This document shows, piece by piece, positions 47,496-58,000 of a stretch of DNA of 64,000 nt; positions within the stretch are counted from its first letter, which is position 1, and each line of letters begins with the position of its first letter. The notes beneath the pieces are model-generated. The model had not been told where the DNA came from and did no database searches. It worked only from the letters and a program-made list of their open reading frames with translations. Position numbers and translations under genes: made by a program. Origin of the DNA: a virus. Taxonomy: Duplodnaviria > Caudoviricetes. Location of the stretch: positions 32,001 to 96,000 of IMG/VR virus record IMGVR_UViG_3300033120_000845. One strand, 5' to 3'.

Positions 47496-50400
47496 ATGGC
47501 TTGTGAAATAATTTACAACGGAAAAACATACACTGAACAAGAGTTCATGCAATTTATAAAAGGAGGAGGATTAGATGTAGTATCTAATCTTACCTCCAAA
47601 TCTGCTTTACAGAAAAAGATAAAAGACATTTTAAATGGTACAAGTTATGCGCTCCACTATTTTGGTAATGAAGTAGATGAAATATCCGCAAAAAAACCAA
47701 CAGAAGAGGAGATAACAGAGTACCAAACATTATTAGAAAATAAACAATTTAGGTCTCCAAGATATAAAGAACTTCGTCAAAAACTAAATGATTGGCAAAT
47801 TATTGACGGAACTATGGATAATGAACAAAACTCTTCAATTGCAGATTATGTAGAAATGTATAACTCCATTGAGGAAAATGCCAATAATCCACAACAAGGG
47901 GAAGTTACGCAAGTTACAGAATCTGATTATAATGCATTAGACCAAGTGGATGAATCAACAGAAAGAGGGGGATTTGACCCTTACTCTTCTTTATCTACCC
48001 CTGACGTAGCATTGGCTTACAATCCACCAAATAGTGAAAATAAATTACAATTTTCTTATATTAATATTGAAACTTTAGCTTCCTTTTTTCCTAACCATGA
48101 AGTGGTGATGTTGGATGAAAATGGTATTGAAGTTCCATTTGAGAGTAGAAAAGAAATTGGCACAACTTATGTTTTTAAAGGAGTAAATGAAGATTTCCAA
48201 GTGAAGGTGGTGGATAAGTCCCGCCTTGAAATGGAAGACTCAGATTTTGCTAAAAATGCTGTCGGAGTTAGAATTAAAACATCGGGAGTAAGTGCGTTTA
48301 GGACAGTTTTTAAAGAAGGTGAACCTGTAAAATCAGATTTTGAATTAAAAGATTTCAGCAGAAGCACTGCAAACTCTTTGGAAAAAGGGGAAGAACTCTC
48401 TATAATGGTTGACCCAAATAATGAATATAATAGACAGGTGTTGTATGATTTAGAAAATGGTAAGATAACAGAAGAAGAGGCAACAAATAAACTTAACATT
48501 GTAATGGTTAAGGATGGGAATGTTGTTGGTAATTTTACAGCTATTGGAGAAAAACCAAAAGGCTTTCCAACTTTAGATAAGAACAAAGCAATAAGAGAAG
48601 AGGCTTTAAAACAAGCGCGAGGTTCAGTTACACCTGTAACATTATCAGTCAAAGCTAAAGTTAATATGACATTGGTGGGAAATCCAAATACAAGGTTAAA
48701 CCCTGATGGAAGCATAATAGAACAAGAAATATCAATAGACAGTCTTAATAATATTGTGTCTGTAGGTACAATGACAGATAAAGTAGCAGAAGGAAATCAT
48801 CCTAAAGACACTGTGTTTGCTTATGTAAATTCAATGTCTACCAAAAATAAAGGAAAGAAGATACCGTTTGTTGTAATACGTTATAATAATAAAAATATTG
48901 CTTTCCCTATTTCAATTAAAACAGAGAATGTTGATAATTCACAAGCATTGTTGAGTATCATCACGTCTTCTTTATCTCCATCACAAAAATCTTTAAAAAC
49001 AATTGAGTTATTAAATTCTTTGAAGGTGGACTATTCTGCAATTGATTTTACAAATCCCGCATGGATTCAATCTCAAGCAACTCAGGAGCTATTAGAAGCT
49101 TTAAGGTCTGTAACCACACCTACGATAACGATTGACTCTTTAAAAGATAAAAATCAATTGGTGGGTAATACAACTATAGGACTTGATTTAGAAAATTTTC
49201 CATTTTTTAATAACAAAATTTTATTAGAGCTTCCTGAAATATCTACAAAAGAGCAGATTAAAAAAGAAGAAACAGTAGCTACGGTTCAACCTAAAGTTAA
49301 AAAAACTAAAGATGCTGTTGTTAATAGAGAAGTATTTATAGATGGAAAATCTACGGGATATTTTGCAGTTCCAACAAGTTCCTCTAATACTCCGGGATAT
49401 ATTATAATAGACAAAAGAACATATAGTAAATGGAAAACCTTAGATGATGAGCAACAACGAATTGTAGAGAGAGAAGAGACTAACGGAATATCGCAAGAAC
49501 AGAAAGAAAAACTTAAAAAAGGAGCTGTAATGAAATTTGCAGCAGAAAAAAGAAAATTATTAGGTTTTCAAATCTCTGATGAATTACAAAAAGTAGATGT
49601 GTCTAAAATTCAGGTTGGGGATACAGCTAAGATTGGGGAAGATTTGTACGAAGTTAAGGGTTTTGCTTTTGGACAACCAATGGTTTCATTAAATGGAGAA
49701 AAGTCTAAAAAATTAAACAGTTTTAAAAACGAAGTTCAGATACAAGATGGTATTTTAAATGAGAAATCTGCATTGTACGAAAGAGCTTTAAATAACCAAG
49801 GTGTAAAACAATTTGGTTATGGGCTCTCAGAATCAGATGCAATTGAAAGTTTTAAAGAGGAAATTATTTCTCCACAACCAAAAACCAAGGAATCAAAAAA
49901 AGCAGAGGCTAAACAAGGAGAGAATACAAAAATTGAAAATATTGTATATAATAACGATGAATTTGAAGGCTCGTTTTTAGAGGATTATGAATTCCTTGCA
50001 CAAGGTAGTGAAAGTACAGTTTATAGAAGTAAAGATGGTTCGCATGTTATTAAAATATCTGAACCTTATACTTCAAAAGAAGAGAGTCTGTATAAGGCAA
50101 GAATCGCTAACACTTTATTAAGAGAAATTATTGGTAATTCAGGCTTAGAAGTAATTGGTTATTATGAATATAACGGAGTTAAAAATCCAATATTTAAGCA
50201 GAATTATGTAGAAGGAAGGACATTGTCTAAAAAAGAAGTTGAAGATTATTTAAGAACGGTTAAAGGTGTGATTGAGATAGAGGGTAGTTTCTATTTTAGA
50301 AACGCAGGTAAAATGTACGCCATAGCTGATTTTACAGATAATGTAATTCAAGATGCAGAGGGTAACATAGTTCCAATAGATTTAGATGTATATGAAGTAA

Positions 50401-50720
50401 CAGACCCTAAATTAACAGAAGCCACACCTACAAAAACAGAGAACAGGAGTTTTACAGTTGAGAATCCTTATGGACATATACAAACAATACATTATAAGAA
50501 TGGAGCTTGGGGTACTATAAACTCAAGGACAAAAGAGTTTCAAAAAGAATATCCTAAAAATCAAGAATATTTTGAGTGGTTATATGAAAAATCTTTAAAT
50601 TCATCAGGCAAGATAAAAGAACAGACAGATAATCAATTCAAAAAAGAATTTGAGCAGGAAAAGGCTAATACAGAAACTGCAAAATTAAATAATGAGTTAA
50701 ACAACGAAGATTGTAAATAG
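47496..50720 (+). CDS. polyvalent cargo protein with C-terminal kinase-like domain
   Basis: LAQGSESTVY (Gly-loop), VIKIS, ADFTDNV, PIDLD; begins MAC, ends DCK. Confidence 0.7.
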   Translation: MACEIIYNGKTYTEQEFMQFIKGGGLDVVSNLTSKSALQKKIKDILNGTSYALHYFGNEVDEISAKKPTEEEITEYQTLLENKQFRSPRYKELRQKLNDWQIIDGTMDNEQNSSIADYVEMYNSIEENANNPQQGEVTQVTESDYNALDQVDESTERGGFDPYSSLSTPDVALAYNPPNSENKLQFSYINIETLASFFPNHEVVMLDENGIEVPFESRKEIGTTYVFKGVNEDFQVKVVDKSRLEMEDSDFAKNAVGVRIKTSGVSAFRTVFKEGEPVKSDFELKDFSRSTANSLEKGEELSIMVDPNNEYNRQVLYDLENGKITEEEATNKLNIVMVKDGNVVGNFTAIGEKPKGFPTLDKNKAIREEALKQARGSVTPVTLSVKAKVNMTLVGNPNTRLNPDGSIIEQEISIDSLNNIVSVGTMTDKVAEGNHPKDTVFAYVNSMSTKNKGKKIPFVVIRYNNKNIAFPISIKTENVDNSQALLSIITSSLSPSQKSLKTIELLNSLKVDYSAIDFTNPAWIQSQATQELLEALRSVTTPTITIDSLKDKNQLVGNTTIGLDLENFPFFNNKILLELPEISTKEQIKKEETVATVQPKVKKTKDAVVNREVFIDGKSTGYFAVPTSSSNTPGYIIIDKRTYSKWKTLDDEQQRIVEREETNGISQEQKEKLKKGAVMKFAAEKRKLLGFQISDELQKVDVSKIQVGDTAKIGEDLYEVKGFAFGQPMVSLNGEKSKKLNSFKNEVQIQDGILNEKSALYERALNNQGVKQFGYGLSESDAIESFKEEIISPQPKTKESKKAEAKQGENTKIENIVYNNDEFEGSFLEDYEFLAQGSESTVYRSKDGSHVIKISEPYTSKEESLYKARIANTLLREIIGNSGLEVIGYYEYNGVKNPIFKQNYVEGRTLSKKEVEDYLRTVKGVIEIEGSFYFRNAGKMYAIADFTDNVIQDAEGNIVPIDLDVYEVTDPKLTEATPTKTENRSFTVENPYGHIQTIHYKNGAWGTINSRTKEFQKEYPKNQEYFEWLYEKSLNSSGKIKEQTDNQFKKEFEQEKANTETAKLNNELNNEDCK

Positions 50721-53700
50721 ATGAGTTGCGGAATAACATACGATAAAAACGGAAAAATAGTAGAAGTCTTAAATGAGCAAGGAAAACCTTCAAAGCTATA
50801 TAAAGATGCTCTAAAAGCCACAGGAAGTGAACAGCAAGCTAAAAGACTTTTTCTGTTGACAAAAACCCCTATGTTTAAAGAAGATGTAATAGATGTTGAT
50901 AATAAAAGACGTGCTATTCAGATTAAGAAACAAATTTTAGGGGAAAAAGGTGCGCAAAATCTCGACAGAGTAGAAGAAGCTTCTTTTAGAATGGACAATT
51001 TACGAGTTGCTAAAGATATGGAAAAAGCAGGTAAATCTGCTAAAGAAATTAAATTTGCAACTAATTGGGAAAAAGGGGCAGACTCCAAATGGAGATACGA
51101 AGCAGAAGACTTACAACTAAAACTTGATGAAGTTGAAGTAGATAGAGAGTATAAATTTATAGACATTGTAAAAGAACAAGGGATTGTGAAAGCATATCCT
51201 AAATTAAAAGATGTTAAAATAAAGTTTGAAGATGGAAAAGGATTACACGGAGCACGAATTACAGGAGATGGCTCACTTATTACTATATTTACCCGAAGAG
51301 ATTTTGTATTCGGAGGTGAAGAACACGGGATTGAGTCCCTTCTTGGCATTGAAACACCCAACGGAGGAGGAAGGACATATAGATTATCACGAGTGGATAT
51401 ACGAAGTTTGGAGCACGAAACAACTCACATTGTACAACAACAGGAAGGTTTCAGTAAAGGAGGCAGTCCAAATGATATTAGAGAAGAAGCCTTTAGATTA
51501 TCAAAAATTAGTGGAGAAAGTAGACCACAGGTTATTGTAGATGCTTTGGTTAAGACTCTTAAGAATGAAAAAAATGAGAGGAATAGAAGTATCTTGACGG
51601 CGACATTGAGTCATTTTGTTAGTAACGATATTTTATTAACAGATGAATATAAGAAAATTGCAGGAGAAGTAGAAGCGCGTTCAGTTGAATCAAGAATAGG
51701 ATTAACTCCTGAACAAAGAAGACAATCGCTGTTATCTGAAGAATTAGGTATTTCTCCAGAAGACCAAATATTTTTAGATGGCGCTTTCGATATGCAAAAT
51801 TTAATTAACCCCTTAATTAATCGTTTAGAACAAACAGGATTAGCGGATAATGTATATCAGATGTCTTCTAAGCAAATAGAAGAAAAACTTAGAGATATTG
51901 GTATTGATGAAGACATAGCTAAACAAATATCTGTGTGGCATGGCTCTCCACACTCCTTTAACCGTTTTACAACTGAAAGAATAGGCACAGGAGAAGGTGC
52001 TCAAGCTTTTGGATGGGGATTGTATTTTACTGATTTGGAGAGTATTGCTAAGAATTACGCAGAAGTGTTATCAGATTCTTCGCTTGATAATTATATAAAA
52101 GAGTTTGATGTTAAGTTAAATACCAAATATGAAAATTTTCACGATATAGCAAATAATTTATCAGAAGGTAAGTTTTTAAACGAGTCTTGGAGAAAAGAGG
52201 CGGATAAGTTAATTAAAGGAGAGATTAAATTTTACAAAGATGAATATAAAGATGTAGGTATTTCTGATAAAGAAGCGCAAGAAAATTTAAAATTACTTAA
52301 TGAGTTAATATTAGATATAAATAATACGCCTAATAAAAACCTTTATAAAGTATCCCTACACAAAGGTAAAACACCTTCTGAATACACTTGGTTAGAGTGG
52401 GATAAACCTATAAACAAAGACGAAGCAAAAAAGATAGCAGAAGGCTTTGTAAAAAATAACCCAACTAAGTATGTTGATACAGATGCTCAATATCAAGAAT
52501 CTTTTAGAGAAGTTGAAAATGAGGATGGTGATATAGATTTAGTAACTGATATCATAAACTCTAAAGAATCTTTAATCAGGTTTTTTACAGGAATGAATGG
52601 GAAAGATATTTATGATTTTATAAATGATGGATTTTCTAACGAAATATTATCTCAAGAAGAGGAAATATACCAATCAGTTTATGGAAAAGAGAATAACAAT
52701 CAAAAAGACACATCATTATTTTTACTTGAGAACGGCATTGACGGAATAAAGTACCCAACGGAAAGTATATCTCGTGGAGCGACTTCGGATACAGCAAGAG
52801 GGTTCAACTACGTTGTTTTTGATGAAAATGTTATAACAATAGAAGAACAAATACAATTTCAAAAATTAGGAATTGAGTTAACACCAAATGGGTTTACTTA
52901 TAAAGGCGATGTATATTTAAACAAGGATACTTTAACACAAGACACTCCTATTCACGAGTTTCAACATCTTTTCAGCGATTTCCTAAAGAAAAACAATATA
53001 GAAATCTACAATAGAGGTATTGAACTTGTAAAACAAGAGTTAAGTAAATCAAACAGCGAAATAAAAGACATTATAGGATTTGTAAAAGCAAATCAACCAA
53101 AATTAAAAGGTGAAGCACTTTATGAAGAAATTTTAGCGGAACTTGTTGGGAGACGAGGGGTAGAACTTTTAAATTCCAAAAAGAAATCAGGAATCATTAA
53201 CTGGATTAAGGAAGCTTGGTCTGAAATAGCTAAAATGTTAGGGTTGAATAATTATTCAAGTGAACAAGTTGCTAATATGACTTTAAAAGAGTTTGCTGAT
53301 GCTTCTGCTGTACAATTATTGAAAGGAGAAAACATTTCAGAAGAATATCCTTTGAAACAAGTTTATGACTATTACCAAGCTAAAAACTACGAAGGTGAAA
53401 TTTTAAATGAGTTTGAAGTTGAAGAGGCTAAAGATGTGATGCTTGTAAATAATATTGAGAATTCTAATAAACTGTTTGATAAATTAACAAAGGCTTTTAT
53501 TGTTGATGGCGTATTTAACCCCACAATAAGCTCTTTAAAAACATTTTATTCTGATTTAGAAGTTAGGAGAGCATTTGAAAGTTTAGGCAGCTTAAAAAGC
53601 TTCTATTACAGATTTAAGAATACAACGCCGTTTGTAAACAATCAAATTGAGTCTGATAAAAGATTTCTATATAGACGTTCTTTTGAAACAAATAGTTTAG

Positions 53701-54830
53701 GTAAGTTTTCTTATTACAACCCTTTAATTGAACAAGAGAAGTTTAGATTAGAGTTTGGCGGGATAAAAGATGAAATGAGATTTGAAGATAAAAGTCTGTT
53801 TGAACAGTATTCTAAATTAAAAAGGGTTAAAGTAGTGGACAAAAACAATCAGGAAGTTCCACAAAACAAAACTAAAGAATTTTTAGAAATCACTTTAAAA
53901 GATGATAGTGACGGCTCATTTAGAAGAATGATTCGCACACTTTTAAATGCCCCAACAGAATTATGGAATGACGCGGACGTAAGAAAGTTAAAACAGAAGA
54001 TATACCAAACAGCAATTAAGCACTCCTTAGATTTAAAATCATTTGAAGATTTAAATGAAAAAGATTCAAGACAATTGATGACAGCTTTGGTAGATGCTTT
54101 TGAAACTTCCGAATTAGATAATTTTGCAGAGGTTTATGATGAAATTTTTGCTATAAATAAAAAAGCAAGGGAGTTTGTAACCTCTGAAACAAGACCTGTA
54201 GTAAAACTGTATGATAAAACAAACGATTATAATTTATTTCAACAGTTTGGGTATCTTCCATTAGGTGATAGAGTTTATTTAAAAACAGATGCTTTGGAAA
54301 AATCACTACAGGAAGTAAAAGATATTTTAGGAGAACCTGATGCAAAACTTGTTAAGAGTATTAATTTAGAAGGTGCTGAGAATGTAGATATTGAGACAAT
54401 GCAAAAAATGGCATTATATTCAAAACGATTTAATACGCTTTTAGAAGATAATACAAAACAAGATGAAAAAGTAAAAGGAGAATTCTTTAGCAATTTGTAT
54501 GGAGAGTATTTAAAAAATCCAAATAGTCCAGAATATGAAAATTTTATTTTTACAGAAAAAGGATTAGATTACTACATTAACAAAAAAGATAATATAGATT
54601 ATAGTAAACCTCCAATTTACACAGGAAATTATTTTAAAGTATCAGAAACAGAAATTCAGGCAGATGAAATACACCCTGAAATAAGAACACAAGACGGAAG
54701 AATATACTATCCTACATCTAATAATGTATACTCTATAAACAAAGAAGATTATTTAAATAAATATGAACCTCTTGTAAACAATCAACCAATTGTTATAAGA
54801 AAAGGTAAAAATGATTTGGATTGTAAATAA
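50721..54830 (+). CDS. polyvalent cargo protein: LPD23-like, zincin, ART-like and second zincin domains
   Basis: ATNWEKGADSKWRYE, HETTHIVQQQEGF, GEVEAR; WHGS..F...GEGAQAFGWGLYFT...NYVVFD; PIHEFQH...EEILA; begins MSC, ends DCK. Confidence 0.75.
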   Translation: MSCGITYDKNGKIVEVLNEQGKPSKLYKDALKATGSEQQAKRLFLLTKTPMFKEDVIDVDNKRRAIQIKKQILGEKGAQNLDRVEEASFRMDNLRVAKDMEKAGKSAKEIKFATNWEKGADSKWRYEAEDLQLKLDEVEVDREYKFIDIVKEQGIVKAYPKLKDVKIKFEDGKGLHGARITGDGSLITIFTRRDFVFGGEEHGIESLLGIETPNGGGRTYRLSRVDIRSLEHETTHIVQQQEGFSKGGSPNDIREEAFRLSKISGESRPQVIVDALVKTLKNEKNERNRSILTATLSHFVSNDILLTDEYKKIAGEVEARSVESRIGLTPEQRRQSLLSEELGISPEDQIFLDGAFDMQNLINPLINRLEQTGLADNVYQMSSKQIEEKLRDIGIDEDIAKQISVWHGSPHSFNRFTTERIGTGEGAQAFGWGLYFTDLESIAKNYAEVLSDSSLDNYIKEFDVKLNTKYENFHDIANNLSEGKFLNESWRKEADKLIKGEIKFYKDEYKDVGISDKEAQENLKLLNELILDINNTPNKNLYKVSLHKGKTPSEYTWLEWDKPINKDEAKKIAEGFVKNNPTKYVDTDAQYQESFREVENEDGDIDLVTDIINSKESLIRFFTGMNGKDIYDFINDGFSNEILSQEEEIYQSVYGKENNNQKDTSLFLLENGIDGIKYPTESISRGATSDTARGFNYVVFDENVITIEEQIQFQKLGIELTPNGFTYKGDVYLNKDTLTQDTPIHEFQHLFSDFLKKNNIEIYNRGIELVKQELSKSNSEIKDIIGFVKANQPKLKGEALYEEILAELVGRRGVELLNSKKKSGIINWIKEAWSEIAKMLGLNNYSSEQVANMTLKEFADASAVQLLKGENISEEYPLKQVYDYYQAKNYEGEILNEFEVEEAKDVMLVNNIENSNKLFDKLTKAFIVDGVFNPTISSLKTFYSDLEVRRAFESLGSLKSFYYRFKNTTPFVNNQIESDKRFLYRRSFETNSLGKFSYYNPLIEQEKFRLEFGGIKDEMRFEDKSLFEQYSKLKRVKVVDKNNQEVPQNKTKEFLEITLKDDSDGSFRRMIRTLLNAPTELWNDADVRKLKQKIYQTAIKHSLDLKSFEDLNEKDSRQLMTALVDAFETSELDNFAEVYDEIFAINKKAREFVTSETRPVVKLYDKTNDYNLFQQFGYLPLGDRVYLKTDALEKSLQEVKDILGEPDAKLVKSINLEGAENVDIETMQKMALYSKRFNTLLEDNTKQDEKVKGEFFSNLYGEYLKNPNSPEYENFIFTEKGLDYYINKKDNIDYSKPPIYTGNYFKVSETEIQADEIHPEIRTQDGRIYYPTSNNVYSINKEDYLNKYEPLVNNQPIVIRKGKNDLDCK

Positions 54831-54846
54831 TAAATTCATACTTTTG
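54815..54846 (+). promoter_or_regulatory. Bacteroidota sigma-A type promoter
   Basis: TTTG (54815-54818), 20-nt spacer, TACTTTTG (54839-54846). Confidence 0.55.
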
Positions 54847-54850
54847 TCTT

Positions 54851-55027
54851 ATGGATAAAATAATGGAAACTTTAAAAGCACTCGGATTTAATGTGGAGAA
54901 TAAAACTCCCGAAGAGTGCTTTTCTCTTTTAATAGAGGAATATATTCTACTTTGTCAAGAAATAGAAAAGAGTAACGAAGAACAATTTAAAAAAGAAATA
55001 CAAAGACTTTTAAAACCAAATAATTAA
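54851..55027 (+). CDS. hypothetical protein, 58 aa
   Basis: Hand-translated MDKIMETLKALGFNVENKTPEECFSLLIEEYILLCQEIEK...; TAATG overlap with next gene. Confidence 0.6.
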   Translation: MDKIMETLKALGFNVENKTPEECFSLLIEEYILLCQEIEKSNEEQFKKEIQRLLKPNN

Positions 55028-58000
55028 TGGCTTGTCAAATAGTGTATGATAAACAAGGTAAAATAAAACTTGTTTTAGATAAACAGAAAAGAGAATCTAA
55101 GATTTACAATCAATTAAAGAGTCATCCTATGATAGATGACCCACTAACAGCGTATACGAACTTTCCTGAAGATATTAAGGATGAGTCTGCGTATAATGTT
55201 ATACATAAAGTTGGAGATAAATTTTACAACTCTTATAAAGAGGCTTTAAAAGCCACGAATGAAAATGGTAAGATTGAAATTGTTTTTCAAGGAGAGGGAC
55301 AGACTAAAGTGTTGTCCACAATTACAAAATCTACTGATGTAGAGACAAAAGACGGTTTTATTAATTTTTATATTGAAAATAATTTAATCGCTGATAAAAG
55401 GAAAAATGGAAAATTAACAGGGCAAGGAATTTCAAATAAAGAAAGGCTTTTTAATGCTTTAGAGATTCAAAGATTGGCAGTTTCTACATTGGGAGTGGAT
55501 TCGTTTAACTTAGACTATTATTCATTTGAAATTTCAGAACCAACTTTAGGGAAAACAAAACTGACTCTTAAAAATGGAGAAGAAGTTTTTGTATCGCCCG
55601 AAGAAATCACAAATATTAACGATTTTAGAAATCCCGAAGAAGCAAATATAGTAAAAAACTATAAAGAGCCTGTATATCGAGATTTACCAAAACCTCAGTC
55701 ACAATCTGAGGAAAGTTTGCAACTAAAATTAATGGATGTTCTTAATAACTTAGGAGTATCTGTTATGTCAATTACAGACTATACTAAAAGATATAGAATT
55801 AAAAACGGTGTTAATCCTTCTGCAAGAGCTTTAGCTGATATTGCTAATGGTGTAATTGCTTTGGAAGAAGGTGTTGCCACTATAGAAGATTTTATTGAAG
55901 AGGTGGCTCATTTTATTGAAAGCGCAACTTCGGCAGAGAAAAAAGAAAACATCCTTAGAAATATTCATAAAACTAAGGAATATATTGAACATGCGGAGGC
56001 TTACAGAACTATTTATTCCGAAGATTATTCAGGAGAAGAATTAGAAAATATTGTGAGAAGAGAAGTTCTTGGAAAAGTGATAAAAAATTCCATTCAAGAA
56101 AACGAGCAAAGAAACGAAACGGAAAGAAATATTCTTCAAAGAGCTTTTGATTTAATTGTAGATTTCGTAAATAGTATTACCTCCAATAATGAGCTTAAAA
56201 TATATTTGAATGATATTAACGATGCCATAGAACAAAATACTTCGGGACTAATTGACAGGAAAAACATCAACTCAATCTACACATTTTATTCTACTGCCAA
56301 AAGTCCTATTACAAAAGAAGTTTTAAGAATTATTGGACATTTGAATAATGTAAGAACAAATCTACCAAAAACAGACATAGCTTCCATTGTTAAAATAGAG
56401 CAACAAATTAATACTTCAGAAGAGGTGTATAGTGTTGTGGCACTTTTAGATGTAATTAACCATGCTGTAAAAAAACTACAAAACGCTTTAAAAGATTCAG
56501 AAGTGAATAATAAAGATTATGCTTTCACTTTAGAAGAAACCTCTTTATATTTTGAAACTTTGAATATTGCGGAATCATTGCCAAGAATTGCAGAGGCTTT
56601 AAGGTCACAACCGTTTGAAATCGGCAAAAAAGATTTAAAAGAAGCAACTATCTCAAGATTGCAAGAGGTTAAACAAAATCTTGACACATTAAAAGCACAG
56701 AAAGAATCTATTGTAAATACCACCACTAAAAGAATTGTGGATGAATTGATGCGAGATAGTAATAATCAGCAATCAAGGGAATATTATGAAGAAGCTATTA
56801 TAAGAGCAAAAAATGATGCAACAATCTTGTCTTCAACATTTGGAACTTTAGCAAACTCCACTGATGGTATGTTAAATATTATTGGTAAATTATTAGTTTC
56901 GATGACGGGTCAGGCACATAGAAATATGTATAATGATTATCAAGATTATGTCAATCAAATGGAATCTTTAGGATTTAAAGCTAAGGATGTTGCTGAGTTT
57001 TTGGACGGAAACTATATGATTTCTGAATTCAATTTAACAGAATTTGATAATGATAATGACAAGGATTTTATCCCTGCTTATAGAGAAATAACACAAGATA
57101 GTGAAATAACAGATGAAGAAATTATTAAGCAAAAAAATAGCAATTCTTTAAAAATTGATAGCGATATTTTCCAACAAGTTTCTGCGCGAGCTATGGAACT
57201 TTCAGATGTCAGAGTGGAGAAAAGTAGAAAGCCCGAATTCTATGAAAAAATTGAGCAACGTTATCAAAACGCAGGAATAGAAAAAGACAGCCCCACAAGA
57301 GCATATCTCAGTGTATTCCTATCGGAAGTTAGCAAGTTTAAAAATAAAGCAACAGATGAGAACGGCAAAACAGACTACACAAAACTATCCTTACAAGAGT
57401 ATGAAACTCTAAAACAGTTACAACAAGACAGAAAACTAAAAAAGGATTATTTTGATATTACATCAGGAGAACTTAAAAAAGGATTAGAATACAAAGGGCT
57501 TGATGAAAAAGGAAAACCTATTTATACTTTAGCTGATACTAATGTTTCTGATGAGGCGCGTATTGCTTTTGAGTTAAATAAATTAGATGCCCTCACTTTA
57601 GAGGAACTTAAACAAGGCGGTGATAGAGACAATACAAAAGCATTAAGAGATTTCAAAGATAGTTTAAAAGGACTAAGTAGAGAAGCACAAGTTAGATTTA
57701 TTGAAGTGAATGCCACTTTAGGTTTTACAGAGGCTTATTATGAAGCAATTCAAGCTAAGGTTTTAAATGAAGACGGAAGCGTGTCTGACAAGCCGAGTAT
57801 TCTATCTCAAATGTTAGAGCAAGGTAAGGATGAGCAAGCTAAAAGATTAGCGGAGATTAATTCTCAAATTAATACTTTACTTAAGGCTTACACAAGTAAA
57901 ACAAACCCAACAGAAATTGTTGCCGATGATATTCCTGAAACAACAAAAGAATTAATCAGACAATTACATTCTGAACGCACAGCTATTATTCAAGATTTTT

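Noticed and set aside
47496-55035. Split-intein trans-splicing as the explanation for terminal cysteines
   Set aside because: No Hint-domain motifs or terminal His-Asn; the Cys is residue 3, not residue 1 after Met removal.
57046-57060. DNDND as a possible RNA polymerase DxDxD motif in ORF 55027
   Set aside because: Lacks the G/A-x-D-F-D-x-D context and lies in an acidic helical region.
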